DNA of 64,000 bases from Chitinophagales bacterium (GTDB lineage: Bacteria; Bacteroidota; Bacteroidia; Chitinophagales; Saprospiraceae): NCBI GenBank assembly GCA_038240665.1, contig JBBRGN010000001.1, positions 1,341 through 65,340 of the forward strand. The letters run 5' to 3'. The notes below the pieces were generated by a model that searched no databases, was not told the origin of the DNA, and saw only the letters and a program-made list of their open reading frames with translations. The position numbers and the translations under genes are program-made. Shown piece after piece: positions 8,501-17,767 of the stretch. The first letter of the stretch is position 1. Each line of letters starts with the position of its first letter.

Positions 8501-10069
8501 ATGACCAGGCAAAAATTACCAATCGGTATCCAGGATTTTCGAAAAATTCGGGAAGGTGACTATGTTTATGTTGATAAAACGGAGTACATCTACCATTTAA
8601 TCCAACAAGGAAGTTATTATTTCCTGTCTCGCCCGCGGCATTTTGGCAAATCCTTATTGATAAGCACTTTGCGCTATGTATTCGAAGGCCAGCGCGATCT
8701 TTTTAAAGGTCTGTGGATTGAATCCCGCCACGATTGGCAAGCTTCCCCAGTCATCCCGATTGCATTTAAAAGCATCGGCTATGTTGACCTTGGTCTTCCG
8801 GCTGCCATTGATCGGCGACTGGAAGAGATTGCCCAGGAAAACGGACTTATGCTCAAGGAAAAGGGAAATGCGCTGCGTTTTCAAGAACTCATCAAATCCT
8901 TATCGGTCAATGGCATGGTGGTTGTTCTAATCAATGAATACGACAAACCCATCATCGATTATTTAGAGGATCTTGATCAAGCGCGACAAAATCGGGATAT
9001 CCTAAAAAAAATTTATTCCATCCTCAAGGAAGCCGACCCTTATTTACGGCTGATTTTTATTACCGGGGTATCTAAATTTAGTAAGGTTTCGATTTTTTCA
9101 GACCTCAACAACCTAGAAGACATTACCATTTCTCGCCCCTACAGTGCCATCGCGGGTTATACCGAAAAAGAACTGAATAGTTACTTTACCCCCTGGGTAG
9201 AAGCGCTTTCTGCTGAACGGGAGATCAGTACAGATGCCCTACATCGGGAAATAAAAGAATGGTACAATGGTTATAATTGGACTGGAAAAGAACGGATATA
9301 CAACCCTTTTTCCATTCTCAATTATTTTAAAAGCGGCCAATTCCGAAATTATTGGTTTGCTACCGGGACGCCTACTTTTCTCATCAAACTGCTTCACGAC
9401 GGCTGGCAATACCGATTGGACGACTTGGAGGTAAGTGCCACTTTATTGGATACTTTACAGATTGAAAATCCGGATTTTCGATCTTTGCTTTTCCAAACTG
9501 GTTACTTGACCATCAAAAACGAACTGGCTTTTAATGTTTACACCTTAGATTATCCCAATTTAGAGGTAAAAGATTCCTTATCGCAGCATTTGCTTGGCGC
9601 TTTTAGTTTTAAAAGCGGGCTGGATTCCGCTCCAAGCGTATTGCGACTAAAAAAAGCGCTGGATAAAAACGACTTGGCTTTGTTTTTTAAACTCCTGGAT
9701 CAATTGTACGCAAACATTCCTGAACGCGTGTTTCGGGGAAAAATCGAAGCTTCTTATCATGCCGTGTTGTACACTGCATTGAGCATCCTTGCTGTTTACA
9801 TTCGCTGCGAAGTGGCTGTAGGCGAAGACTATGCTGATGCCCTGATTGAAACGGATACGCACGTCTATTTGATGGAATTTAAAATTGCCAAAACCGCTGA
9901 TCAAGGGTTGAAACAAATACGTCAGCGCCGTTATGCTGCTGCTTTTCAAGCCGATGAACGACAAGTAATTGGTGTTGGCGTGGCCTTTAGTCCCGATAGC
10001 AAAGGGGTGGCTGATTGGAAAGAAGAAACATTTAAAAAATACGCTTCTGGCTCATTTTTTCTCTCGTAA
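8501..10069 (+). CDS. AAA-ATPase-like protein with C-terminal PD-(D/E)XK nuclease domain; catalytic motifs partly degenerate
   Basis: KLPIGIQDF, YVDKT, SRPRHFGKS, LINEYDKP, FITGVSKF, YNPFS, YWFATGTP, LFQTGYLTI, PNLEV, D..MEFK..QI...RY. Confidence 0.9.
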   Translation: MTRQKLPIGIQDFRKIREGDYVYVDKTEYIYHLIQQGSYYFLSRPRHFGKSLLISTLRYVFEGQRDLFKGLWIESRHDWQASPVIPIAFKSIGYVDLGLPAAIDRRLEEIAQENGLMLKEKGNALRFQELIKSLSVNGMVVVLINEYDKPIIDYLEDLDQARQNRDILKKIYSILKEADPYLRLIFITGVSKFSKVSIFSDLNNLEDITISRPYSAIAGYTEKELNSYFTPWVEALSAEREISTDALHREIKEWYNGYNWTGKERIYNPFSILNYFKSGQFRNYWFATGTPTFLIKLLHDGWQYRLDDLEVSATLLDTLQIENPDFRSLLFQTGYLTIKNELAFNVYTLDYPNLEVKDSLSQHLLGAFSFKSGLDSAPSVLRLKKALDKNDLALFFKLLDQLYANIPERVFRGKIEASYHAVLYTALSILAVYIRCEVAVGEDYADALIETDTHVYLMEFKIAKTADQGLKQIRQRRYAAAFQADERQVIGVGVAFSPDSKGVADWKEETFKKYASGSFFLS

Positions 10070-10118
10070 ATCCTATTTTCGCACACCAATACCTGTTTCA
10101 TACCTACAACATGTAACC

Positions 10119-11213
10119 ATGAAAATCATTTCTATCGTTGGCGCTAGACCCAATTTCATCAAAGTAGCTCCCCTGCACCGCGCCTTCCAACAAGAAAGCA
10201 AGATCGTTTCGAAAATCGTACACACGGGGCAGCATTATGACGCCAAGATGAGCGATGTTTTTTTTGAACAACTGCAATTGCCCCAACCTGATTATTTCCT
10301 GGGCGCGGGCGGCGGTACGCATACCCAACAGGTAGCGCAAATCATGCTGGCATTTGAAGAAATCATTGAAAAAGAAAAACCCGACGTGGTGCTGGTGGTT
10401 GGGGATGTAAATTCAACGGTGGCGGCGGCGATGGTGGCCAAAAAAACGCCTGGCGTGTTGCTGGCCCACAATGAAGCGGGATTGCGCAGCGGCGACCGCA
10501 GTATGCCCGAAGAGATCAACCGCTTGGTGACCGATAGCATCAGCGATCTGTATTTTGTCACGGAAATGGCGGGGATGATCAATTTGGCCAAGGAAAATGT
10601 AGCGGATCAAAAAATCCATTTTGTCGGCAATGTGATGATCGATTCGCTGGTGCATTACCGCGAAACGGCTGCACAATGCGGCGCCATGGAAAAATTGGGA
10701 CTAAAGCCCAAAGAATTTTTCCTGATGACCATGCACCGCCCATCCAATGTTGACGATCAAGCTGGCTTGGAAAGCATCTTGAGCATCATTCGCTATATCG
10801 CCGAACGCCAAACCCTGGTTTTCCCAATTCACCCCCGCACCTTGAAAAATTTGCAGAAGTTTGGTTTGGAAAGCCAATTGCGTTCCATTCACAATCTTAT
10901 GCTTACCGAACCTTTAGGCTACTTTGAATTCCTCCAATTGATGGACAATGCCACTGCAATTGTCACCGATTCTGGCGGTATTCAAGAAGAAACAACTTAT
11001 CTGCAAGCACCTTGTCTAACTTTCCGCGATACCACGGAGCGTCCCGTTACCGTGGAGTTGGGCTCCAATGTGTTGCTCGCCGACCTGAATCCAAGCACCG
11101 CTAATCAAAACATTCAGCAGATCCTGGACGGAAAATGGAAAAAAGGCATCGTACCTCCACTATGGGATGGCAAAGCAGCCGAGCGAATTGCGGGTATTTT
11201 AGCCAATTTGTAA
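10119..11213 (+). CDS. wecB: UDP-N-acetylglucosamine 2-epimerase (non-hydrolysing)
   Basis: VGARPNFIK, HTGQHYD, VGDVNST, EAGLRS, MPEEINR, HRPSNVD, TDSGGIQEE, TTERP. Confidence 0.96.
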   Translation: MKIISIVGARPNFIKVAPLHRAFQQESKIVSKIVHTGQHYDAKMSDVFFEQLQLPQPDYFLGAGGGTHTQQVAQIMLAFEEIIEKEKPDVVLVVGDVNSTVAAAMVAKKTPGVLLAHNEAGLRSGDRSMPEEINRLVTDSISDLYFVTEMAGMINLAKENVADQKIHFVGNVMIDSLVHYRETAAQCGAMEKLGLKPKEFFLMTMHRPSNVDDQAGLESILSIIRYIAERQTLVFPIHPRTLKNLQKFGLESQLRSIHNLMLTEPLGYFEFLQLMDNATAIVTDSGGIQEETTYLQAPCLTFRDTTERPVTVELGSNVLLADLNPSTANQNIQQILDGKWKKGIVPPLWDGKAAERIAGILANL

Positions 11214-11349
11214 GAAAAGAGGCAAAATTTAGATCCGAAAAAAAATTATCCGTTTTAGGAATTTCCTAATTTGAAGGCTTAACCAATTGCGCGCAAATGC
11301 CGCCCAACGAAAATTGGCGGCATTTGCACGTTTTATACCCTTTACTACC

Positions 11350-14300
11350 ATGCGTTACAGCTGTTTTTTCTTGTTCTATGCGCTGATGTTGAGCACCTCC
11401 CTCAGCGGACAATCCAAATCCTCAAAGCCTGCAACTACCCCCGTGGTGGTGGTACCTGTCGCTACTGCGCTGCCCAATGAGCTGCTGAGCGGCTTGCAAT
11501 ACCGCAACGCTGGCCCTACTCGTGGCGGTCGGGCTACAGCCATTGCTGGCGTACCCCAACACCCATTTACTTTTTATTTTGGTGGCTCGGGAAGCGGCGT
11601 TTGGCGCAGCAACGATGCAGGAATCTCATGGGAAAACATCTCCGATGGCCAGATTCCTTGTGGATCGATCGGTGCCATAGCAGTTGCGCCCTCTGATCCC
11701 GCGGTTCTGTACGTGGGCACGGGTTCCGCCTGCCCGCGCGGCAACATATCCGCCGGCGTAGGAATGTACAAATCGAGTGATGCTGGCAAAACTTGGCAAG
11801 CTGCTGGTTTGCCCAAATCCGGGATGATCGGCAAAATTGCCATCCACCCCAGCAATCCGGATCAGGTCTACGCTGCGGTCTTGGGCAATCCCTTTGGCCC
11901 CAACAAGGAACGTGGAGTTTACCACAGCAAGGATGGAGGCAAAACCTGGGAGCAATCGCTTGCCGTCAACGATTCCACGGGATGTGTGGATTTATCTATG
12001 GATCCTGCCAATCCGCGGATCATTTACGCCGCCATGTGGCGAGTAGAACGCAAACCTTGGACGCTTTTTGATGGCAACGACAAAGGGGGACTTTGGAAAA
12101 CAACCGATGGCGGTACAACTTGGACTAAGCTGACTGGCGGTTTGCCCACCGGTTTACTGGGAAGGATCGGCGTGAGTGTTTCTCCGGTGAATTCCAATCG
12201 GATTTATGCCATGATTATAGCCGCTGAAGAAGATGCGGCAGGAATGTACCGCAGCGACGATGCCGGAGCCAATTGGATCCGCATTTGTCGGGATCACCGC
12301 ATTCGTCAGCGCGGTTGGTATTACACCCATGTCACCGCCGATCCCAAAGATGAAAACACCGTTTACCTCTGCAATGTCGATGCCCTGAAATCGATTGATG
12401 GCGGAAAAACGTTTGACATTGACTTGAATCCGCCGCACGGAGATACCCACGGCGTATGGGTCAATCCGGATAACCCCAATATCCTGATCAATTGCAACGA
12501 CGGAGGGGCTTGTGTAAGTTTAAATGGCGGAAAAACCTGGACCACGCAACTCAATCAACCCACTTCGGAGTTTTACCGGGTTACGGTTGACAATCAGTTT
12601 CCTTATCGACTGTATGCTGGACAACAAGACAATTCTACCATCAGCATCCCGAGTCATGATCCTGGCGGCTTGACTCCCACTGAAAATTGGTTTCAGGTGG
12701 GTGGTTCAGAATCTGCTGATGTAGCGGTCAATGGCGCTGATCCCAATTTGATTTGGAGTACCGCTTACAGTGGCGAGATTACCCTACTCAACCGCCGTAC
12801 CGGACAAGTGCGCCAAGTAACGGCCTATCCGCACTTTACCGAAGGTACCGAAATGCGCGACTTGAAATACCGTTTTCAATGGAATCCTCCAGTGTTGGTA
12901 TCCAAATTCAACCCCAATGTGGTCTACTATGCTTCAAATTATGTACACCGCACGAGCGATAGTGGCCAAAATTGGCAGATCGTAAGTCCTGATTTGACCC
13001 GAAAAATCGATGCTTATCTGGTGATGCCTGGCGGCCCAATCCAACATGATGCCACCGGAGTTGAAGTGTATTGTTCTATTTTTTCGCTGGAAGAATCCCC
13101 TTCTCAGGCCGGAGAATTATGGGCGGGAACCGATGATGGCCGCATCCACTACACCAAAGACGAGGGAAAAACCTGGACGGAAATCACGCCCAAAAACATT
13201 CCCAAAGAGTGTACCATCAATAAGATAAAACTTTCCACCCATGCTGCTGGCCGGGCTTTTGTAGCCGTGCAAAATTACCGCAACAACGATTTTAAACCCT
13301 ATATTTTACGCACCACGGATTATGGAAAAACTTGGTCGCTGCTGACAGATGGAAAAAATGGCATCCCTAATGGCCACTTCGTTAGAGCGGTGGCGGAAGA
13401 CCCCGATCGGCAGGGCTTGTTGTATGCAGGAACTGAATATGGCCTTTACGTTTCTTTTGATGATGGCCTGAATTGGCAAGCGCTGCAACTCAACTTGCCG
13501 GTTGTGCCCATTACCGATCTGGAAGTATGGCAAAAAGACCTCGTCATCAGCACCCAAGGTCGCGGTTTTTGGATCCTCGACGACCTCACGCCCCTGCACG
13601 CGCTCAACCGCAGCATAGCCGCTGCTCCATTACAATTGATCAAACCACGCGCGGCTTACCGCACCGATATTGACGGTTATGCTGCTAAGTTCAATTGTTT
13701 TTTGGCAGAAGCACCCGCCAAAGAGATGCCGTTAAAAATGGAAATTTTGGACGCTCGCGGGGCAATCGTTCGCACTTTTAGCAAAGACACCAGCAATTTC
13801 CGCAATCGATTGTCTTTGAAAAAAGGTTGGAATACCCTTACTTGGGATTTACACCACGATGGTCCGCAAACTGCCGAAAATTTGGTATTGATGGAGATGG
13901 GCGTACCCATTCAAGGTCCTTGGGCAATACCGGGTAAGTACCAAGTGCGTTTAAAGATGGGGAAGGAAACCCAAACCCAAGACATTGAAGTCCTTCCCGA
14001 TCCCCGCTGGACGGATGTAACGCCGGATGATTATCAAGCACAATTGACCATGGCATTAGAAATCTCCCAAATGATTACTGCTTCGCAGTTGATGGTGAAA
14101 AACATCCGTTCGCTGCGCCAGCAAATGCAGAATACCGCCCAATTGGCGGTACAATCGGGGCAAAACAAAAAGCTCGAAACCTTGGCTACCGAGCTGGGTA
14201 AACAATTGACTGCGGTTGAGGAAAGTATTGTGCAAAACAAAGCCGAAGCCGGACAAGACAACTTCAACTATCCTCGGCGCTTCGTCAACCATTTGGCGCG

Positions 14301-14493
14301 TTTGTACAGCGTCGTGATCTGGGATCATGAACGCCCCACCGGCGGCGCGATTGAAGCTTATGAAGATTTGAAAAAAGTATTTGCAGGCATCAACACCCGT
14401 TATGGAGTGGTTCGCGATAGCGCCGTCCAGCAGTTTAATCAACTCTTGGAATCAGAAAAAGTACCCCGTTTGCTTATCCCTTTTAACAAATAA
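11350..14493 (+). CDS. Secreted VPS10/sortilin-like BNR-repeat beta-propeller protein (putative glycosyl hydrolase)
   Basis: Signal peptide; GPTRGGR; many SxDxGxTW Asp-boxes; GQQDN; C-terminal coiled coil. Confidence 0.88.
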   Translation: MRYSCFFLFYALMLSTSLSGQSKSSKPATTPVVVVPVATALPNELLSGLQYRNAGPTRGGRATAIAGVPQHPFTFYFGGSGSGVWRSNDAGISWENISDGQIPCGSIGAIAVAPSDPAVLYVGTGSACPRGNISAGVGMYKSSDAGKTWQAAGLPKSGMIGKIAIHPSNPDQVYAAVLGNPFGPNKERGVYHSKDGGKTWEQSLAVNDSTGCVDLSMDPANPRIIYAAMWRVERKPWTLFDGNDKGGLWKTTDGGTTWTKLTGGLPTGLLGRIGVSVSPVNSNRIYAMIIAAEEDAAGMYRSDDAGANWIRICRDHRIRQRGWYYTHVTADPKDENTVYLCNVDALKSIDGGKTFDIDLNPPHGDTHGVWVNPDNPNILINCNDGGACVSLNGGKTWTTQLNQPTSEFYRVTVDNQFPYRLYAGQQDNSTISIPSHDPGGLTPTENWFQVGGSESADVAVNGADPNLIWSTAYSGEITLLNRRTGQVRQVTAYPHFTEGTEMRDLKYRFQWNPPVLVSKFNPNVVYYASNYVHRTSDSGQNWQIVSPDLTRKIDAYLVMPGGPIQHDATGVEVYCSIFSLEESPSQAGELWAGTDDGRIHYTKDEGKTWTEITPKNIPKECTINKIKLSTHAAGRAFVAVQNYRNNDFKPYILRTTDYGKTWSLLTDGKNGIPNGHFVRAVAEDPDRQGLLYAGTEYGLYVSFDDGLNWQALQLNLPVVPITDLEVWQKDLVISTQGRGFWILDDLTPLHALNRSIAAAPLQLIKPRAAYRTDIDGYAAKFNCFLAEAPAKEMPLKMEILDARGAIVRTFSKDTSNFRNRLSLKKGWNTLTWDLHHDGPQTAENLVLMEMGVPIQGPWAIPGKYQVRLKMGKETQTQDIEVLPDPRWTDVTPDDYQAQLTMALEISQMITASQLMVKNIRSLRQQMQNTAQLAVQSGQNKKLETLATELGKQLTAVEESIVQNKAEAGQDNFNYPRRFVNHLARLYSVVIWDHERPTGGAIEAYEDLKKVFAGINTRYGVVRDSAVQQFNQLLESEKVPRLLIPFNK

Positions 14494-14533
14494 TCCGTTT
14501 AAGACTTTGTTTGGCGCTACTTAGTTAGGCATC

Positions 14534-14578
14534 TAAAACAGACCTTCCAGGCTTTAGCAAGCTCGAAGGTCTGTTTTA
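14534..14578. terminator. Hairpin (terminator or palindromic repeat) after the VPS10 gene
   Basis: TAAAACAGACCTTC...GAAGGTCTGTTTTA 14-bp IR. Confidence 0.65.
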
Positions 14579-14638
14579 ATGCTAAGGCATGAGTCAAGTG
14601 CGCTTTTTTTCATAATTTCGCTGTAAACAAATCCAAGC

Positions 14639-15721
14639 ATGAACAACAATTATGTGGCCATCATGGCCGGCGGAGTAGGTTCTCGATTTTGGCCTTCGAG
14701 CCGCACCGCTAACCCCAAACAGTTTTTGGACATCCTCGGGGTAGGTCGTTCTCTTTTGCAGATGACGTATGATCGATTTCTAAAGCTTTGCCCTAAGGAA
14801 AACATTTTTATCGTCACCAATGCCCAATACAAGGATTTGGTAAAAGAGCACCTTCCCGACATCACCGATAATCAGATCCTGTGCGAGCCTTCGCGCAACA
14901 ATACCGCACCTTGTGTGGCTTATACCGCTTTTAAATTATCGGCACTGAATCCGGAGGCCAATTTGGTGATTGCTCCTTCGGATCACATCATTTTGGATGA
15001 AGTCGTTTTTGTAAAAAACTTGAATCAAGCGCTGGATTTTACTGCCCAAAATGACGCTTTACTTACCCTGGGCATTGAACCTACGCGCCCCGATACGGGA
15101 TACGGCTACATTAATTTTGATAAAACAGCCCAGTCCGGAACCCATGTACACAAAGTGATCCGTTTTACGGAAAAACCACCTTTGGATAAAGCGCAGGAGT
15201 TTTTGGCCAGTGGGGATTACCTCTGGAATGCGGGTATCTTTATTTGGAAAGTTTCCCACTTGTTAAAAGCATTTAAGATGCATGCTGAGGATATTTACGA
15301 TATTCTGGCCGCTGGTCATTTGCATTACAACCAAGAAACCGAGCAAGATTTCATCAACGAAGCTTACCCCACCACTCCTTCCATCTCTATCGACTACGCC
15401 ATTATGGAAAAGGCGGAAAATGTGTACACCATCCCTTCTAGCTTTGGCTGGTCGGATCTGGGTACTTGGGCTTCGCTGCATGCTGAAGCACCTTATGATG
15501 AGCGTGGCAATGTAACCAACGGCACGCCATTTCTTTTGTACAACGTAAGCAATTGTTTGATCCGCGCACCAAAGGGGAAACTGGTGGTCGTCAAAGATTT
15601 GGATGATTTTATTGTAATTGACGAAGGTGATATTTTATTGATTCATCCCAAATCCAAAGAACAAGAAATCAAAAAAATAACCGAAGAGGTGGGACTAAGT
15701 ATTGGTGGCGACTTTGTTTAA
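14639..15721 (+). CDS. manC: Mannose-1-phosphate guanylyltransferase
   Basis: IMAGGVGSRFWPSSR, PKQFL, EPSRNNTAP, PSDH, TGYGYI, FTEKP, WNAGIF, SIDYAIMEK, WSDLGTW. Confidence 0.95.
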   Translation: MNNNYVAIMAGGVGSRFWPSSRTANPKQFLDILGVGRSLLQMTYDRFLKLCPKENIFIVTNAQYKDLVKEHLPDITDNQILCEPSRNNTAPCVAYTAFKLSALNPEANLVIAPSDHIILDEVVFVKNLNQALDFTAQNDALLTLGIEPTRPDTGYGYINFDKTAQSGTHVHKVIRFTEKPPLDKAQEFLASGDYLWNAGIFIWKVSHLLKAFKMHAEDIYDILAAGHLHYNQETEQDFINEAYPTTPSISIDYAIMEKAENVYTIPSSFGWSDLGTWASLHAEAPYDERGNVTNGTPFLLYNVSNCLIRAPKGKLVVVKDLDDFIVIDEGDILLIHPKSKEQEIKKITEEVGLSIGGDFV

Positions 15722-15722
15722 A

Positions 15723-15782
15723 AATAAGTCGATAATAAAATACCCATTTAGTCTGCCAATTTTTATCGGTCTCTTTTGCCGC
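15723..15782. repeat. Degenerate copy of dispersed ~65-bp palindromic repeat
   Basis: AATAAGTCGATAATAAAATACCCATTT...TCTCTTTTGCCGC resembles 37874-37938. Confidence 0.5.
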
Positions 15783-15788
15783 AATAGA

Positions 15789-16682
15789 ATGAAACAACTA
15801 CTGATTATTTTTTTTGTTGGTTTTTACCTGTCCGGGTATGGTCAATCTCTACAGGATACGAGCACGATTTGGCAGGTTGAAGCCTTAGATGGTAACGTTT
15901 ACCGTGGTAAAATCATTCGTCAGGATGCTGAGCAGATTGAATTGCGAACCGCGAATTTGGGTTTATTGATCATCAAAAAAAAGGAGGTTAAAGCACTAGC
16001 TCCTTGGAATGCGGAATCTAAAAAGAACCCAGGTTTAAATCCGGAAAATCAGCAGATCGATCGCTATTTTTTTCAATCCAGTGGTTATGGTTTGCGCAAA
16101 GGGGAGGCTTATTATCAAAACAATGGGGTGTTGCTGAATCAAGTGAACGTGGGGCTTACCGAAAATTTTTCGCTAGGCATAGGCGCAGTACCGCTGTTTT
16201 TGTTTGGTGGCGCGCCGACTCCCATCTGGATTGTGCCCAAAGTATCCATACCGCTGATTGAAAACCGCCTCAACTTGAGCGTCGGCGCGTATGTAGGGAC
16301 TGTGGTGGGCATTAAAAGCCCTTTTTTCGGCATTACGTATGGTGCAGCAACTTATGGCTCCCGCGATAACAACCTAACTGTTGGCATGGGCTATGGGTTT
16401 GTCGATGGAATCTGGGCAAACAAGCCTTCACTCAGTTTAAGTGGCCTGGCTCGCGTCGGCAAAAGAACGTATGTGATCACCGAGAATCATATACTAGGGT
16501 TAGGCAAAAAAAACCGTTTTGGTTTACTTTCTTTTGGCGCCCGTACCGTTTGGCAAAAAATTGCTTTGGATTACGGACTCATTGTGCCAATTTCTAATTT
16601 AAATGTGTTTCTCGCCTTACCTTGGTTGGGTATTGCAGTACCTTTTAGAGTTAGAGCGAAAGTAGGCGGATCAACTCTTTGA
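15789..16682 (+). CDS. Hypothetical exported protein, probable outer-membrane beta-barrel
   Basis: Signal peptide; N-terminal small domain (DGNVYRGKII); amphipathic Gly/aromatic-rich strands. Confidence 0.7.
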   Translation: MKQLLIIFFVGFYLSGYGQSLQDTSTIWQVEALDGNVYRGKIIRQDAEQIELRTANLGLLIIKKKEVKALAPWNAESKKNPGLNPENQQIDRYFFQSSGYGLRKGEAYYQNNGVLLNQVNVGLTENFSLGIGAVPLFLFGGAPTPIWIVPKVSIPLIENRLNLSVGAYVGTVVGIKSPFFGITYGAATYGSRDNNLTVGMGYGFVDGIWANKPSLSLSGLARVGKRTYVITENHILGLGKKNRFGLLSFGARTVWQKIALDYGLIVPISNLNVFLALPWLGIAVPFRVRAKVGGSTL

Positions 16683-16697
16683 GAAAAATAAATAGCC

Positions 16698-17333
16698 ATG
16701 AAATTGATTATTAACCGTTTGTTGTTGTTGGTTGCGCTGGTTGTCGTATTTAGCGTAGGGTTTTTGCTGGCCAAATCCTGGTTCCAGCCCAAAGAAAAAA
16801 CTGTCACCCAAGAAGAAGCGACCATTCTACTAGAAAAAATCAAAACGGTTTCCAAACTGGTTACTGTGGAGGGTTATTTTTCGGAATTGTACAACTACAA
16901 GGATTACTGGTCGTATGACTGGTCAATTTTTCGAAAAAAAGCCTTGCTTCGGGTAAAGGCGCGGGTTTCGGTAGGTTATGATCTGGGCAAAATGAAGATC
17001 AATATGTTGCCCGATCAAAAACGGATTATCATTACCAATATCCCCAAGGATCCAGAAATAATCTCCATCGATCATACCATCGACTACTACGACATCACGG
17101 AAGGTTCTTTTAATAGTTTTACGGAGGCTGATTACAACAAGCTCAACAAAAATGCCCGCAATTTTATTGCCAATAGAGCCAATGACAGCGATCTGCTCCC
17201 CCGTGCCCGTGCCCAAGGACTTCAAATTCTTGACCTGATCCGTTTCATGGGTGAAAATGCTGGCTGGAAAGTGGAAATGGATGGCGCCGCCCGTGCCCCC
17301 AAAAATATCGGGGTTGATAGCCTAAGCAAATAA
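16698..17333 (+). CDS. DUF4230 domain protein
   Basis: N-terminal TM; LEKIKTVSKLVTVEG, KKALL.VKARVSVGYDL. Confidence 0.8.
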   Translation: MKLIINRLLLLVALVVVFSVGFLLAKSWFQPKEKTVTQEEATILLEKIKTVSKLVTVEGYFSELYNYKDYWSYDWSIFRKKALLRVKARVSVGYDLGKMKINMLPDQKRIIITNIPKDPEIISIDHTIDYYDITEGSFNSFTEADYNKLNKNARNFIANRANDSDLLPRARAQGLQILDLIRFMGENAGWKVEMDGAARAPKNIGVDSLSK

Positions 17334-17345
17334 TCGAGTCCTCCT

Positions 17346-17642
17346 ATGCAACAACTTTCTCCTCAGGAATTACGCGCTTGGCAAACCACCGACAAACCCT
17401 TTCTGTTGGTGGATGTCCGCGAACCCAAAGAACATACTGTTGCCAACCTAGGCGGCTTACTGATCCCCCTGGCCAGCGTTTTAAAACACTTACCCGATTT
17501 TGACGTCCAGCTTCCAGTTGTAGTGTATTGCAAACGCGGGATCCGTTCTCAGTTGGCGATTCAGCGTTTGTCGGCGCGCTTACCGCAGGTTGAGTTTTAT
17601 AACCTGGACGGGGGTTTGCAAGCCTGGGAAAAGGCAAAATAA
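17346..17642 (+). CDS. Rhodanese-like domain protein
   Basis: LVDVREPKE, VVYCKRGIRS, NLDGGLQAW. Confidence 0.9.
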   Translation: MQQLSPQELRAWQTTDKPFLLVDVREPKEHTVANLGGLLIPLASVLKHLPDFDVQLPVVVYCKRGIRSQLAIQRLSARLPQVEFYNLDGGLQAWEKAK

Positions 17643-17767
17643 AAATTGGCACTTTTAGCAGGGTTTTAATAATTTCCTATCTTGAGCCACAACGATTCAA
17701 AATTTTACTCATTCCAGTTGTTGCAATGCGAATAGCGGCGTTCAACAACTTTATTTCAGCAGGATTT

